64,000 nucleotides of DNA from an uncultured Gammaproteobacteria bacterium (lineage in GTDB: Bacteria > Patescibacteriota > Microgenomatia > Levybacterales > UBA12049): the NCBI GenBank assembly GCA_964553245.1, contig CAZKJM010000001.1:16892-80891 (forward strand), in the 5' to 3' direction. Positions 21,595-31,946 of this stretch are shown here, piece by piece; position 1 is the first letter of the stretch; each line of letters starts with the position of its first letter. Under the pieces are notes generated by a model. That model worked only from the letters and a program-made list of their open reading frames with translations, had not been told where the DNA came from and did no database searches. The position numbers were made by a program, and so were the translations under genes.

Positions 21595-22818
21595 TTATAA
21601 ATCTCCCTTAAGTAATCTTACAGTATAGTAGATAGATATTGGAAATATAATAATTATACTTATTAAAAGAGCAGCTACTGATCCATTTAAATCGTACTGT
21701 TTTGTTAAAAGAAACATTAATGGAATCAATATTATTATTCTTAACAAACTAATTTTTGTTAAAATATCCTGTCTTCTTAATGAATAAAATAACGAGCCAT
21801 TCGTTCCAATAATAGAAGATACTAATCCGTATAAGATAAAAAGTTTAAAAATACCTTCAGCTCCAATCCACTTTTTTCCTAAAAATAAAATAATTATCTC
21901 TCTGGAAAACAAAAATAATACTAAGCCAACGATAAGTTCAATAATAAATAAAACGAATGTCATTTTCAGATAACTATTCCCTAACCTTTTTAGACTACTA
22001 GATATCTTTGAATACGTGGGAAAGGTTACTTTTCCGAAAATATCTGCTATTTCGAGCATCGGAGCATAGGAAAACTTTTGAGATATTTGGTAAATTCCTA
22101 AAGAGGATATATTCATTAAACGACTTATAAAAATCACATCCAATTGATTTGTTGTGTAATAAAGTATGCTGTTAAAGTTCATCCATTTTGCTGAATTAAT
22201 AATCTTTTTAAATATAACTAGATCGTATTTTATTCTGGGTTTTTTTAATCCTATAATCCATGAATAAAATACTCCTATTAAAGTTGATATTATAAGTCCT
22301 AATATTAATCCCATGTAATTTCTTATTAAGATAACAAACAAAACGGTAAATATAAAATCGGAAATTATCGTTACCGATCTATAGTAAAATTCTTTATTAA
22401 AATTTAATTCTTTAGTAAAACTAACTACATAAATATTTTCAAAAGCTTTAATCAAAGGAATTATTGAAGCAAGTGGAATTAGAAAAAATAATTCGTTTCT
22501 TTTAAAAAAAATTGAAAGTGGATATGCTAATGTAACGATTACTATACTCAATAATATTCCACGAATTAATTGAATTGACCATGTATAATCAATTACTTTT
22601 TTTATATTCTTTGATTGTATTAAATAATTATTAATACCAAGTTCGGAATAAACTTCTGATACTCCGACAATAAGTACAAGTATTCCGTATATTCCTAAGT
22701 CTGATGGAGATATAAATCTTGCAATAATTGCAAATTTTAAAAGAGAAACAATTCGTGTTATAAACTGAAATGCGCTTAACCAACTTATTCCCTTAATTAC
22801 TTTTTTCTTGTATTTCAT
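21595..22818 (-). CDS. Wzx-type oligosaccharide flippase
   Basis: Multi-TM MOP family; ARFISPSDLGIY, LGIYQ, TFPTYSK, LGKKW. Confidence 0.85.
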   Translation of the reverse strand: MKYKKKVIKGISWLSAFQFITRIVSLLKFAIIARFISPSDLGIYGILVLIVGVSEVYSELGINNYLIQSKNIKKVIDYTWSIQLIRGILLSIVIVTLAYPLSIFFKRNELFFLIPLASIIPLIKAFENIYVVSFTKELNFNKEFYYRSVTIISDFIFTVLFVILIRNYMGLILGLIISTLIGVFYSWIIGLKKPRIKYDLVIFKKIINSAKWMNFNSILYYTTNQLDVIFISRLMNISSLGIYQISQKFSYAPMLEIADIFGKVTFPTYSKISSSLKRLGNSYLKMTFVLFIIELIVGLVLFLFSREIIILFLGKKWIGAEGIFKLFILYGLVSSIIGTNGSLFYSLRRQDILTKISLLRIIILIPLMFLLTKQYDLNGSVAALLISIIIIFPISIYYTVRLLKGDL

Positions 22819-23911
22819 TTAATTTTTTATAAATTAATTTTTCTAATTTTTTTCCCATTACATTCCAATCCCAATTTTTTACCATATCATTTCTTGCGTT
22901 TAAGCTCATTCTACTAATAATATTTTTATTTCTTAATAAGTAATTTATCTTTGCTACAAAATCATTTACATCTCTTTTTAATAAAAATCCTGTAGATTTA
23001 TTTTTAACCGTTTCCCTATGTCCTCCTTGATTAACAGCCAAAACAACAACTCCACAAGACATCGCTTCCAAAGGCACTAAGCCAAAAGGCTCATTATAAG
23101 AAGGCGCAATTAATATTTTTGATCTTCTATATGTATCTAAGAGTTCCTTATCGGATAACCACTCGTTTTCAAAGGTAATAATTCTTGTTTTTATTTTATT
23201 ATTTATTTTTTTTAATATTCCTTCCAATAACGGATATCCATCTAGAAAATCTTTTGAACCTATATATAACAAGTCTATGTCTTTATCTTTTTTAGTTGGA
23301 TTAAAAAATGAAGTGTCAACACCATAATAAATTACGTCTCCTTTTATTTGATATGCACTAATAAATTTTTTTCTAGTAAATTTAGATATCGATATGATAA
23401 AATTTGCTCTTCCTATATTGAATCGGTCAAGATATTTTCTTAGTAATCTATTTAATTTTTCGTAACCTAATTTAATAATATTATTAGTTTTTGGTTTATA
23501 AATTTCAGGCTCGTAGATTATTCTATAATAAGGGTCATTGCAGTAAAAAAAACTGGGTATTTTTAAAAATTGTAAAATAAAAGGTGATTCTATATATTGA
23601 GAAGCTGCAATATAAGCAATATCATATTTTCTATTCTTAATATCTTTGGCGATCCTTTTATTCAATTTCCACAAATTAAACAATTCAATTGTATCTTTGT
23701 ATAATCTTACTCTCCAATTATGTCCTCTCCAATTTTTTGGATTAAATTTATAAAAATAAATTTTAGAATAAATCTTTTTTTCATCGCTTTGTGCGTTATC
23801 TATTAAATACAAATCCACAAAATGACCAAGCTTTATTAACTGTTTGGCAAATTCATTAGTCCCTCTTCTCGCGCCACCTTTATGAAGCTCATGGTAAAAC
23901 GCTATCCTCAT
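22793..23911 (-). CDS. GT4 glycosyltransferase
   Basis: GGA near N-terminus, YYGVD, EPFGLVPLEAMSCG. Confidence 0.9.
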   Translation of the reverse strand: MRIAFYHELHKGGARRGTNEFAKQLIKLGHFVDLYLIDNAQSDEKKIYSKIYFYKFNPKNWRGHNWRVRLYKDTIELFNLWKLNKRIAKDIKNRKYDIAYIAASQYIESPFILQFLKIPSFFYCNDPYYRIIYEPEIYKPKTNNIIKLGYEKLNRLLRKYLDRFNIGRANFIISISKFTRKKFISAYQIKGDVIYYGVDTSFFNPTKKDKDIDLLYIGSKDFLDGYPLLEGILKKINNKIKTRIITFENEWLSDKELLDTYRRSKILIAPSYNEPFGLVPLEAMSCGVVVLAVNQGGHRETVKNKSTGFLLKRDVNDFVAKINYLLRNKNIISRMSLNARNDMVKNWDWNVMGKKLEKLIYKKLNEIQEKSN

Positions 23912-23968
23912 ATTAGTGATTGAAATTATATCAGTTTTAGCCTTATAATACGATATCTTTAAACTGGA

Positions 23969-25183
23969 ATGAAAATCAGACAGTGCAGATCATGCAATTC
24001 TAAAAATTTTATTAAAATATTATCTTTAGGAAATCAATATTTATCTGATTTTACTAAAAAAAGCTCCAAACAAAAAACATATCCGTTGAATATTATTCTT
24101 TGCAAAAAATGTAATTTAGTTCAGCTTGACTATACTACTCCAGCAAAATATTTATATACGGAAAGGTATGGTTACAAATCAGGCATAAACAAAACTATGC
24201 AGGACGAGTTAAAAGGGATTGTATCTAGTGGACTTAAAAAGATAAAAAAAACTAAAGATAAAATCATTGCAATCGACATCGGAGCAAATGATGGAACCCT
24301 GCTTAAAAATTATTCTAAAAACAAGGTTTATAGAATCGCTGTGGAACCAATTAAGAAGCTTGCTAAAGAAAATTCTAAAAATGCGGATTTGGTAATAAAT
24401 AACTATTTTAGCTATGAAGCATTGAATAAGAAAATAAAAAATTTAAAAGCGGACATCGTAACAGTAATTTCCTGTTTTTACGATATGGAAGAACCAAATA
24501 AATTTATAAACGACTTAACTAAAATTTTAAAAGAATACGGAATAATTATTATCCAACAAAATTACCTAGTTAGCATGATTAAACAATGTGCATTTGATAA
24601 TATAGTTCACGAACATCTAGAATATTACTCTCTGTTATCTTTAAATAATCTCTTGCAAAAACATGATTTGGAGGTTTTTGATGTTGAGCAAAGAGAGTTA
24701 AATGGGGGAAGCTTTAGGACATATATAGGATTTCGTGGGAAAAGAAAAATATCAAAATCTGTTAACGAAATGGTAAAAAAAGAAAAAAAACTCGGTCTCG
24801 ATAAAAAAAAGATTTATTTAAACTTCGCAAAAAAAATAGAACAGAATAAAACAAAGCTGGTTAGCTTTATCACCAAAGAGAATAATAAAGGTAAAAAAAT
24901 ATACGTATATGGAGCCTCTACCAGAGGAAATACTCTTCTTCAGTATTTTGGATTAAATAATAAACTAATAAAATACGCTGTAGAAAGAAATCCGGAGAAA
25001 TGGGGAAAAATAATTACCTCTGTTAATATACCAATAATCTCAGAAGAACAAGCTAGAAAAGATAAGCCAGACTATATGCTTGTGTTACCTTGGTTTTTTA
25101 AAAAAGAATTTTTAAAACGGGAAAAAGCTTATTTAAAACACGGTCATTTTATCTTTCCCCTTCCAAAGTTTGAAGTTATTTAA
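23969..25183 (+). CDS. NDP-hexose C-methyltransferase family protein
   Basis: CRSC...CKKC..VQL Zn site, DIGANDG, EHLEYYS, YGASTRGNTLL. Confidence 0.88.
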   Translation: MKIRQCRSCNSKNFIKILSLGNQYLSDFTKKSSKQKTYPLNIILCKKCNLVQLDYTTPAKYLYTERYGYKSGINKTMQDELKGIVSSGLKKIKKTKDKIIAIDIGANDGTLLKNYSKNKVYRIAVEPIKKLAKENSKNADLVINNYFSYEALNKKIKNLKADIVTVISCFYDMEEPNKFINDLTKILKEYGIIIIQQNYLVSMIKQCAFDNIVHEHLEYYSLLSLNNLLQKHDLEVFDVEQRELNGGSFRTYIGFRGKRKISKSVNEMVKKEKKLGLDKKKIYLNFAKKIEQNKTKLVSFITKENNKGKKIYVYGASTRGNTLLQYFGLNNKLIKYAVERNPEKWGKIITSVNIPIISEEQARKDKPDYMLVLPWFFKKEFLKREKAYLKHGHFIFPLPKFEVI

Positions 25184-25892
25184 AAAATTTCATTTTAATA
25201 ACATGCAATAACGATGTAACCAACTCATTAAAATTAACATTTGATTTACCATAAATACGATAGTTCCAAGTAATTGGCACTTCAGAAATTTTAAAATTAT
25301 TTTTACTTAATTTGTATGCTATTTCCGATAATGCAATAAATCCCTTTGCTTTAATTTTTGTTTTTAATAAAAAAATTACTGCATTTCTACTATATAATCT
25401 AAATCCACTGGTATAGTCACTTATTTTTATATTTAGCCAAAAATATAAAAAGTAATTAATCAACCTACTCATTATTGTTCTATTCGGAGAAATATTATCA
25501 ATCTTACCACCTGATTTATATCGCGAGCCAATTACTAAATCGTAAGGATATACTTCAATTTCTTTAATAAATCTAGAAAATTCTTTTGGATCGTGAGCAA
25601 GATCGGAATCCATTTCAAAAATATAATCAATTTTTTTATATTTCAAAACTCTCTTAAAACCAATTAATACAGCGCTTCCTCTTCCAGATTTTTTTAACCT
25701 TGTAATCAACTCTATGTTCTTAAATTTTTTTATTATTTTCTTTATTTTTTCGTTTTCTTCCATTGCCGAATCATCAATAATTACAATTAATGCGTTTTTA
25801 AGATTCTTGTTTATTCCTGAAATTAAAATACTTATATTTTTTGACTCATTATAAGAAGGAATTACTACTGCAAAATTATTAATCTTCACCAT
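25176..25892 (-). CDS. GT2 polyprenol-phosphate sugar synthase (DPM1-like)
   Basis: IPSYNE, IDDS, G.G.A..G, EMDSDLAH, VIGSRY..GG, DYTSGFR. Confidence 0.85.
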   Translation of the reverse strand: MVKINNFAVVIPSYNESKNISILISGINKNLKNALIVIIDDSAMEENEKIKKIIKKFKNIELITRLKKSGRGSAVLIGFKRVLKYKKIDYIFEMDSDLAHDPKEFSRFIKEIEVYPYDLVIGSRYKSGGKIDNISPNRTIMSRLINYFLYFWLNIKISDYTSGFRLYSRNAVIFLLKTKIKAKGFIALSEIAYKLSKNNFKISEVPITWNYRIYGKSNVNFNELVTSLLHVIKMKFFK

Positions 25893-27829
25893 AATTCTCC
25901 TTTGTTAACAATTTCATACAATGTAATGCTCCCTTTAAAATTATTACCTAACGAAATCTCATTAATTACTCTATCTTTATAAAATAAAGGAACTTTTGAC
26001 AAATTAATAAAATAGGGTTCATTTTTATAAGGAGTATCAAATCGGATTAATCCCGATATTGAATCATCTGTTTTTACATAAAGTATGCCATTATTATTTT
26101 TATTATAAGGCACTATCACTAACATTTTATTCTTAGAAGAAATTTTATTGCTCTTTAAATAATTGTTAAAAGCTAAGACACTATATTCATCAATGATTTT
26201 ATTGTTGTTTTTTAATACCTTTATTTTATGAACACCCTCTGAATAAGGAATTTTCGATAAGTTAACATTTAACAAAAAATTTCTATATTCATCAAACAAG
26301 ATGCCTTCTGTTTTAAAAAAGTCTTTATTTTCTTTTTTTAATACTAGATATTTGCCAATTTTTATTTCAGGGATATAATTATTAAGAATATAAGACAATT
26401 CGTTTGGAACTCTTATATATTCAGGAACTGAATCCTGTAATGATTTATTTTTTGTATTTAAAATTATTTTGTTAACATTATTTTTATTAAGATAGTCAAT
26501 CCTACTAAACTGACCTTTTAAAGTAGAACCATCATAAGTGCTTAAATAAAATGGTGGAGCTTGATTTAAAAAAGCATAAATAAAAGGATCTGAAGGAAAA
26601 CTAAAAATCTTGGCTATAATATTTTTCCTGTTAATGTAGTTAATTAAATTTGCAATATCCTTATCTTCAGAAAATATTTTATTTAGATTATTATCAACAC
26701 ATTGAATGCTATTAAGATTAGCTCTTATAAATAACCTGTTATCTGTTTTTATAATGTTAATGACGATAAAAGCAAAATTAAAAATTAAAACTAATAAAAT
26801 TAGTAAATTCCTAACTTTATTACCAATATTATAGTTTACTTTTATGTCTCTAATTATAAACGCGTATAAAATTATGCCGTAAATTATCAACTGCTCACTA
26901 ATAGATCTTAAAATGTTTTTTTGCTCAAGAATAATAATTAAGACTAACACTGAGACTTTTAATAAAAAAAACTTATCTTTGTTTCTTGTTTTTAAAATAA
27001 GTTGCAAACACAAACTTATTTCGACCAAAATAATTCCAAGGATAACATAAATATTATCTATGTTTTTAAGAGAAGGAGGAAAAGGAACTTTTGCAATTTT
27101 AGATAAATACGATAAATTTATTAAATAATCGTAGAAAGAAAATAGACTTGTTTTTGAAATTATAAAAACATAAAACGGCAAAGCGCCAATCGCTAATCCC
27201 AACGAGATATTAAATATTTTTTTAAAAGTATTAATGAACTGGCTTTTTTTGAATTTATTTAAAATATTTTTTGTAATTACAAAAAATAAAATTGAAATAT
27301 AAGAATATATTCCTGAATCAAAGAAAAGAAAAATCGTAAGACCCAAAATAATTCCAAATAAAAACTCTTTAGTTTTGCAATTTTTTTTATCGATATATAT
27401 AGTGTAAAAAATTAACATCGCTAAGGGTATCCCATATCTAATAAATTGATTTTCCATTCCTGTCAAAAAATATGATAAAAATATAAATATATAGAAAATA
27501 ACTGACACAATTCGTGACATAATTATCTTATTAATGGAGTAATAAAAAAAAGTTAAAAGCGTTGAAACTATTAAGAAAAATATCAAGCTGAATATAATAT
27601 TCTGATTTTTATAGTAAAATAACAATCCATAGGGATAAAAAATATCTACATAAGGCAATAAATTTTTAACCTGTGCGTATTGCCAAAAAATAAAATGATG
27701 TGTATCAAAATTAAAATTTTTATATAAAATACAATTATTTATTATTAAGTAAACATTTAAAATACTACTTATTAAAAAAATCGTAACTATTTCTATGTTT
27801 TTGTATAATTTATCAATTATTTTTTTCAT
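25886..27829 (-). CDS. Large integral membrane protein, probable GT-C
   Basis: Many TM helices plus soluble C-terminal domain; FDTHH and PYVDIFYPYG loop motifs. Confidence 0.55.
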   Translation of the reverse strand: MKKIIDKLYKNIEIVTIFLISSILNVYLIINNCILYKNFNFDTHHFIFWQYAQVKNLLPYVDIFYPYGLLFYYKNQNIIFSLIFFLIVSTLLTFFYYSINKIIMSRIVSVIFYIFIFLSYFLTGMENQFIRYGIPLAMLIFYTIYIDKKNCKTKEFLFGIILGLTIFLFFDSGIYSYISILFFVITKNILNKFKKSQFINTFKKIFNISLGLAIGALPFYVFIISKTSLFSFYDYLINLSYLSKIAKVPFPPSLKNIDNIYVILGIILVEISLCLQLILKTRNKDKFFLLKVSVLVLIIILEQKNILRSISEQLIIYGIILYAFIIRDIKVNYNIGNKVRNLLILLVLIFNFAFIVINIIKTDNRLFIRANLNSIQCVDNNLNKIFSEDKDIANLINYINRKNIIAKIFSFPSDPFIYAFLNQAPPFYLSTYDGSTLKGQFSRIDYLNKNNVNKIILNTKNKSLQDSVPEYIRVPNELSYILNNYIPEIKIGKYLVLKKENKDFFKTEGILFDEYRNFLLNVNLSKIPYSEGVHKIKVLKNNNKIIDEYSVLAFNNYLKSNKISSKNKMLVIVPYNKNNNGILYVKTDDSISGLIRFDTPYKNEPYFINLSKVPLFYKDRVINEISLGNNFKGSITLYEIVNKGELW

Positions 27830-28079
27830 TTTTTTTAACTAAAAACATAATAATTATCAATGAGAAAAACGGAGAAAGAATAATTAATAAAAACAACAAA
27901 TTATCAAAATTACCAGGATATCCATAATAATTAATATAACCAATTATTTTCTCTTTTCCTATTTTTTGAACTGGAAAAAAACTTCTAATTTGTCTAAGAA
28001 ATAAAACAATCAAAAACAAAAATGTGAACGTTGTAGAGAGATATTCTATAATTAGCTCTGTTGATTTTCCTTTATTCAT
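27813..28079 (-). CDS. Small two-TM membrane protein (possibly the frameshifted N-terminus of the downstream gene)
   Basis: 88 aa, two hydrophobic segments; TATAAT 7 nt before ATG; overlaps next gene across an A8/A7 tract. Confidence 0.65.
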   Translation of the reverse strand: MNKGKSTELIIEYLSTTFTFLFLIVLFLRQIRSFFPVQKIGKEKIIGYINYYGYPGNFDNLLFLLIILSPFFSLIIIMFLVKKNEKNN

Positions 28080-28117
28080 AAGGTATATTATATAAAATTA
28101 AGAGTAATAATTATACA

Positions 28118-28993
28118 ATGGCAAGAAAACCTTTAAAAAAGATACTAATATTGGGGTCTTCTGGAATGCTTGGATCAATGGTTTATGATTATTTTAAGAA
28201 AGACCATAAGTTATTCGTTGAAGCTACAACCAGAAATAAAAAAGACAAAACTAAAAGATATTTTGAAGTTAATAATTTTTTAGAAATAAAACATAAATAT
28301 TCATATTTAAAAACATATGACTATATTATTAATTGCATTGGTGCAATTAAATTTACAGAAAATCAAAAAAATATATACAATGCAATTAAAGTAAATTCAT
28401 TATTCCCTCATGAACTATCTTCATTCCTAAATAAATCTAAGACTAAAATAATTCAAATAGCAACAGATTGTGTTTTTTCTGGGAAAAACGGTGCGTATAA
28501 TGAATCTTTCGAACACGATGACTCAAGCGTTTATGGCAAAACAAAAAGCTTAGGAGAAGTAAATAACGATAATTTTTTGAATATAAGGTGTTCTATTATT
28601 GGTCCGGAAAAATTAAGAAGCAAAAATCTAATGCAATGGGTATTAAGTCAAAAAAACGATTCCGTAATACAGGGATTCTCAGATTACAAATGGAACGGAG
28701 TTACAACTCTCCAATTTGCAAAACTTTGTTCAAGTATTATCAACAGAAATATGTTTAATAAAATTAGAAAAATAAATCATACACACCACTATGTACCAAA
28801 TAACTCAACTTCTAAATATGAATTAGTAAAAATGATAAGTGAGATTTTTGAAAAAAAAATAAAAGTTATAAAAGTAAAAAAATTTAATAAGCCGATTAAC
28901 AGAACTCTTTCATCTAGATATAAAATTTTACAATTAATAACAGGAAAAAGTACAATAAAAGGAGAGGTTTTAAAACTAAAATATGAAAAATAA
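28118..28993 (+). CDS. RmlD-like NDP-4-keto-6-deoxysugar reductase (WbvR/QnlA-like)
   Basis: GSSGMLG, INCIG, ATDCVFSG, YGKTK..GE. Confidence 0.85.
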   Translation: MARKPLKKILILGSSGMLGSMVYDYFKKDHKLFVEATTRNKKDKTKRYFEVNNFLEIKHKYSYLKTYDYIINCIGAIKFTENQKNIYNAIKVNSLFPHELSSFLNKSKTKIIQIATDCVFSGKNGAYNESFEHDDSSVYGKTKSLGEVNNDNFLNIRCSIIGPEKLRSKNLMQWVLSQKNDSVIQGFSDYKWNGVTTLQFAKLCSSIINRNMFNKIRKINHTHHYVPNNSTSKYELVKMISEIFEKKIKVIKVKKFNKPINRTLSSRYKILQLITGKSTIKGEVLKLKYEK

Positions 28994-30182
28994 ATCACGA
29001 AAAAAAATAGCATTTGTTCTTGGAATAAGACCTGACTTGATTAGATCTGTTCTAATATTAAATCATCTTAAAAAAGCAAAAGATATTGACGTAAAACTAA
29101 TTTGGTCAGGACAAAATTATTCATACAATTTAAAAGATATTTTCTTCAAAGAATTTAATATACAAAAACCAGACATTGAACTGAATTGTAAAGGGAAAAC
29201 TGACGCTGAAATTGTTTCGAAGTTAATCGCAAATATATATCCAGTTCTGGAAAAAATGAAGCCAGAAGCGATAATTTTTTTAGGAGACACAAATACTACT
29301 GCAGGATGCATTGCTGCAGCGCAACTTAATATTCCTATTATACACATTGAAGGATGTTGGCATTCATACGACTGGAGAATGCCTGAGGAAAAATATAGAA
29401 CCATGGCAGATCATTTAGCTGATGTTATCTATACTTATGACGAAGAATATAAAAAACTTGGAATAACAGAAGGATTAAATCCAAAAAACATTATTGTCGT
29501 AAAAAATCCAATTGTAGACATACTAAATGAGTTCTATTTAAAAAGAAAAAAACTATTTCTTAAAAAAAGCACTAATATTTTTTTTAAGAAAAGAGGGATT
29601 AAAAAAAATGAATATTATCTAATGACTTGTCATAGAAGAGAAAATGTGCAATTAAAAAAATCATTCGATGCAATATTAGATTTGGTATCAAAAGCAAATT
29701 ATAAGGTTTATTTCCCTGCAAGTTACAGAACCCAAGAAATCATAAAAAATAGAAAAATAAACCTTCCAAAAAATTTAATTATGGTAAATCCTGTTGGATA
29801 TGAAGAGTTAATAATTTTATTGACTAATTCAAAAGCTGTTATAACTGATTCGGGAACATTAAATGAAGAAGCATGCGTTTTAAATATCCCTTGTATAAAT
29901 TTAAGAAAATCTACAGAAAGACCACAGGTATATGATGTAAAAAGTTCTGTAAAGTTTGATCCTGATCAATCCGAAAAATATCCATTAGACGTTATTTACA
30001 AAAAATTAAATAAAATTACAAATACAAAGTGGTCTCAAACATTAGGAGACGGAAAGGCTTCAGAAAGAATTGCTGAAGATATAATAAAAAAAGTAAGAAA
30101 TAATAATTTAAACGGTCATTTACCTAAAAATAATCATTTACCGATTAAAAGATCATTTATGGAAGATGGAATTAAAATATAA
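28983..30182 (+). CDS. Non-hydrolysing UDP-N-acetylhexosamine 2-epimerase (FnlC/WbjD/WbvD-like)
   Basis: GIRPD, SGQNY, LGDTNT, MPEE, HRRENV, TDSG..EEA, TERP, GDGKASERI. Confidence 0.88.
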   Translation: MKNKSRKKIAFVLGIRPDLIRSVLILNHLKKAKDIDVKLIWSGQNYSYNLKDIFFKEFNIQKPDIELNCKGKTDAEIVSKLIANIYPVLEKMKPEAIIFLGDTNTTAGCIAAAQLNIPIIHIEGCWHSYDWRMPEEKYRTMADHLADVIYTYDEEYKKLGITEGLNPKNIIVVKNPIVDILNEFYLKRKKLFLKKSTNIFFKKRGIKKNEYYLMTCHRRENVQLKKSFDAILDLVSKANYKVYFPASYRTQEIIKNRKINLPKNLIMVNPVGYEELIILLTNSKAVITDSGTLNEEACVLNIPCINLRKSTERPQVYDVKSSVKFDPDQSEKYPLDVIYKKLNKITNTKWSQTLGDGKASERIAEDIIKKVRNNNLNGHLPKNNHLPIKRSFMEDGIKI

Positions 30183-30894
30183 AAATTCATTAGCAGTAAT
30201 CATTCCGATGTACAATGAAGAAGCAACTGCATCAAAATGCATAGATAAAGTTGTAGAGGAAATTAAAAAATTAAAACTAAAATCTACATTGATGATTATT
30301 AATGACGGAAGCAAAGATTCAACTTTAAAAATCCTCACAGAAAAAAAGAAGATTTATAAAAATAAATTAATTATCATTAATAAAAAAAATGGCGGTTATG
30401 GATCCGCCTTAAGATTGGGCATTAAAAAAGCGATAGAATTGAAATTTGAATATTATCTTACGATGGATTCTGATCTAACGAATCCGCCAAAATATATCCC
30501 AAAACTAATAAGTGCTTTAAAAAATGGAGCGGATTGTGTTAAGGCATCAAGATATATTAAAGGAGGAAAAATGGTTAATGTGCCCTACTACAGACAGATA
30601 ATTTCTATTATTGGTAATTACTTTGCAAAATTAGCATTTAATGTAGGAATAAATGATTGCACAAATGGATTTAAAATTGTAAAGTTATCATATTTAAAAA
30701 ATATTAATTTTAAAGAAAATAATTTTTCAATTATATTGGAAGAATTATATTACCTAAAAAAAGCTGGCGCAAAATTTGCTGAGGTGCCAAATATATTGTA
30801 TTGCCGAACAAATAGTAAATCCCACTTTAATTACACTCCAAAAATATTTTATGATTACTTTAAATACGCACTACTTGCTATTTTTATAAGATAA
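30166..30894 (+). CDS. GT2 glycosyltransferase (DPM1-like)
   Basis: IPMYNEE, NDGSKD, GYG.A, MDSDL, ASRYIKGG, DCTNGF. Confidence 0.85.
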   Translation: MELKYKNSLAVIIPMYNEEATASKCIDKVVEEIKKLKLKSTLMIINDGSKDSTLKILTEKKKIYKNKLIIINKKNGGYGSALRLGIKKAIELKFEYYLTMDSDLTNPPKYIPKLISALKNGADCVKASRYIKGGKMVNVPYYRQIISIIGNYFAKLAFNVGINDCTNGFKIVKLSYLKNINFKENNFSIILEELYYLKKAGAKFAEVPNILYCRTNSKSHFNYTPKIFYDYFKYALLAIFIR

Positions 30895-31929
30895 AAGCTT
30901 TTGTTTTAATTCAGGAATTTTTAATAATAAGTTTACAGTCTGATCAACATTAAGTCTTATTGCGTTTTCGGAAGTATATGCATCTACCTTTTCCGAATTA
31001 TTTACTTTCAATCCTTTATAGAAATATTTATTATAATCTAATCCTTGACTTTCTGGTGGAATACAATAGAAATCCTTATTTGTTGTTGATCTAAAAAGCT
31101 CTTCTTTTGTAACTAGCGTTTCGTGCATTTTTTCTCCTGCTCTTATCCCAACTTCGTAATATCCTTTTTTATAATTGAATATTTTGCACAATGCCTTAGC
31201 AAGTGTTTCCAATGTACAAGCAGGCGATTTTTTAACATATATATATCCACTTTTTCCCTGAATTAACGAATAAAGAACTAAAGAAACTGCTTCATCTAAG
31301 GGTAACAAAAATCTGGTCATTTTATAATCAGTTATCGGAAGTTTTTGATTTTTTTTAATCAAAGACAATAGATAAGGCAATACTGATCCTCTTGTAAACA
31401 ATACATTACCATATCTTACGCCACATAAAATAGTAGAACTGTTTTTATGGCTATCTTTTTTAGACTCCGCAATCATAATTTTTTCCATCATCGCTTTAGA
31501 AATGCCAATTGTATTTATTGGATAAACTGCTTTATCTGTACCTAAAACAACTACTCTTTTAACCTTATTTTCTATAGCAGAAGATAGAACATTATGTGTT
31601 CCTATAATATTTGTTTTTACAGCCTCCATTGGAAAAAATTCACAAGTCGGAACTTGTTTTAAAGCAGCTGCGTGAAACACATAGTCGACTCCTTCCATTG
31701 CATTAAGAATGTTTTCCTTTTCCCTTACGTCTCCGATAATGAATCGTAATTTTGGGTTATTAAATTTATTCCTCATATCAAACTGTTTTTTTTCGTCTCT
31801 GCTAAAAATAATTATTTTTTTAGGACTAAAATTTAATAATTTATCAACAACCGAATTCCCGAAAGAACCTGTTCCTCCAGTAATTAATATTGTCTTATTT
31901 TTTATTGATTTTTTTACCCTGCTATCCAT
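30871..31929 (-). CDS. fnlA: UDP-GlcNAc 4,6-dehydratase/5-epimerase (FnlA/WbjB/CapE family)
   Basis: TGGTGSFG, SRDEKKQ, HAAALKQVPTCEFFPMEA, TDKAVYPIN, RYGNV..RGSV. Confidence 0.9.
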   Translation of the reverse strand: MDSRVKKSIKNKTILITGGTGSFGNSVVDKLLNFSPKKIIIFSRDEKKQFDMRNKFNNPKLRFIIGDVREKENILNAMEGVDYVFHAAALKQVPTCEFFPMEAVKTNIIGTHNVLSSAIENKVKRVVVLGTDKAVYPINTIGISKAMMEKIMIAESKKDSHKNSSTILCGVRYGNVLFTRGSVLPYLLSLIKKNQKLPITDYKMTRFLLPLDEAVSLVLYSLIQGKSGYIYVKKSPACTLETLAKALCKIFNYKKGYYEVGIRAGEKMHETLVTKEELFRSTTNKDFYCIPPESQGLDYNKYFYKGLKVNNSEKVDAYTSENAIRLNVDQTVNLLLKIPELKQKLLSYKNSK

Positions 31930-31946
31930 AAAGCTTGATAATTATA

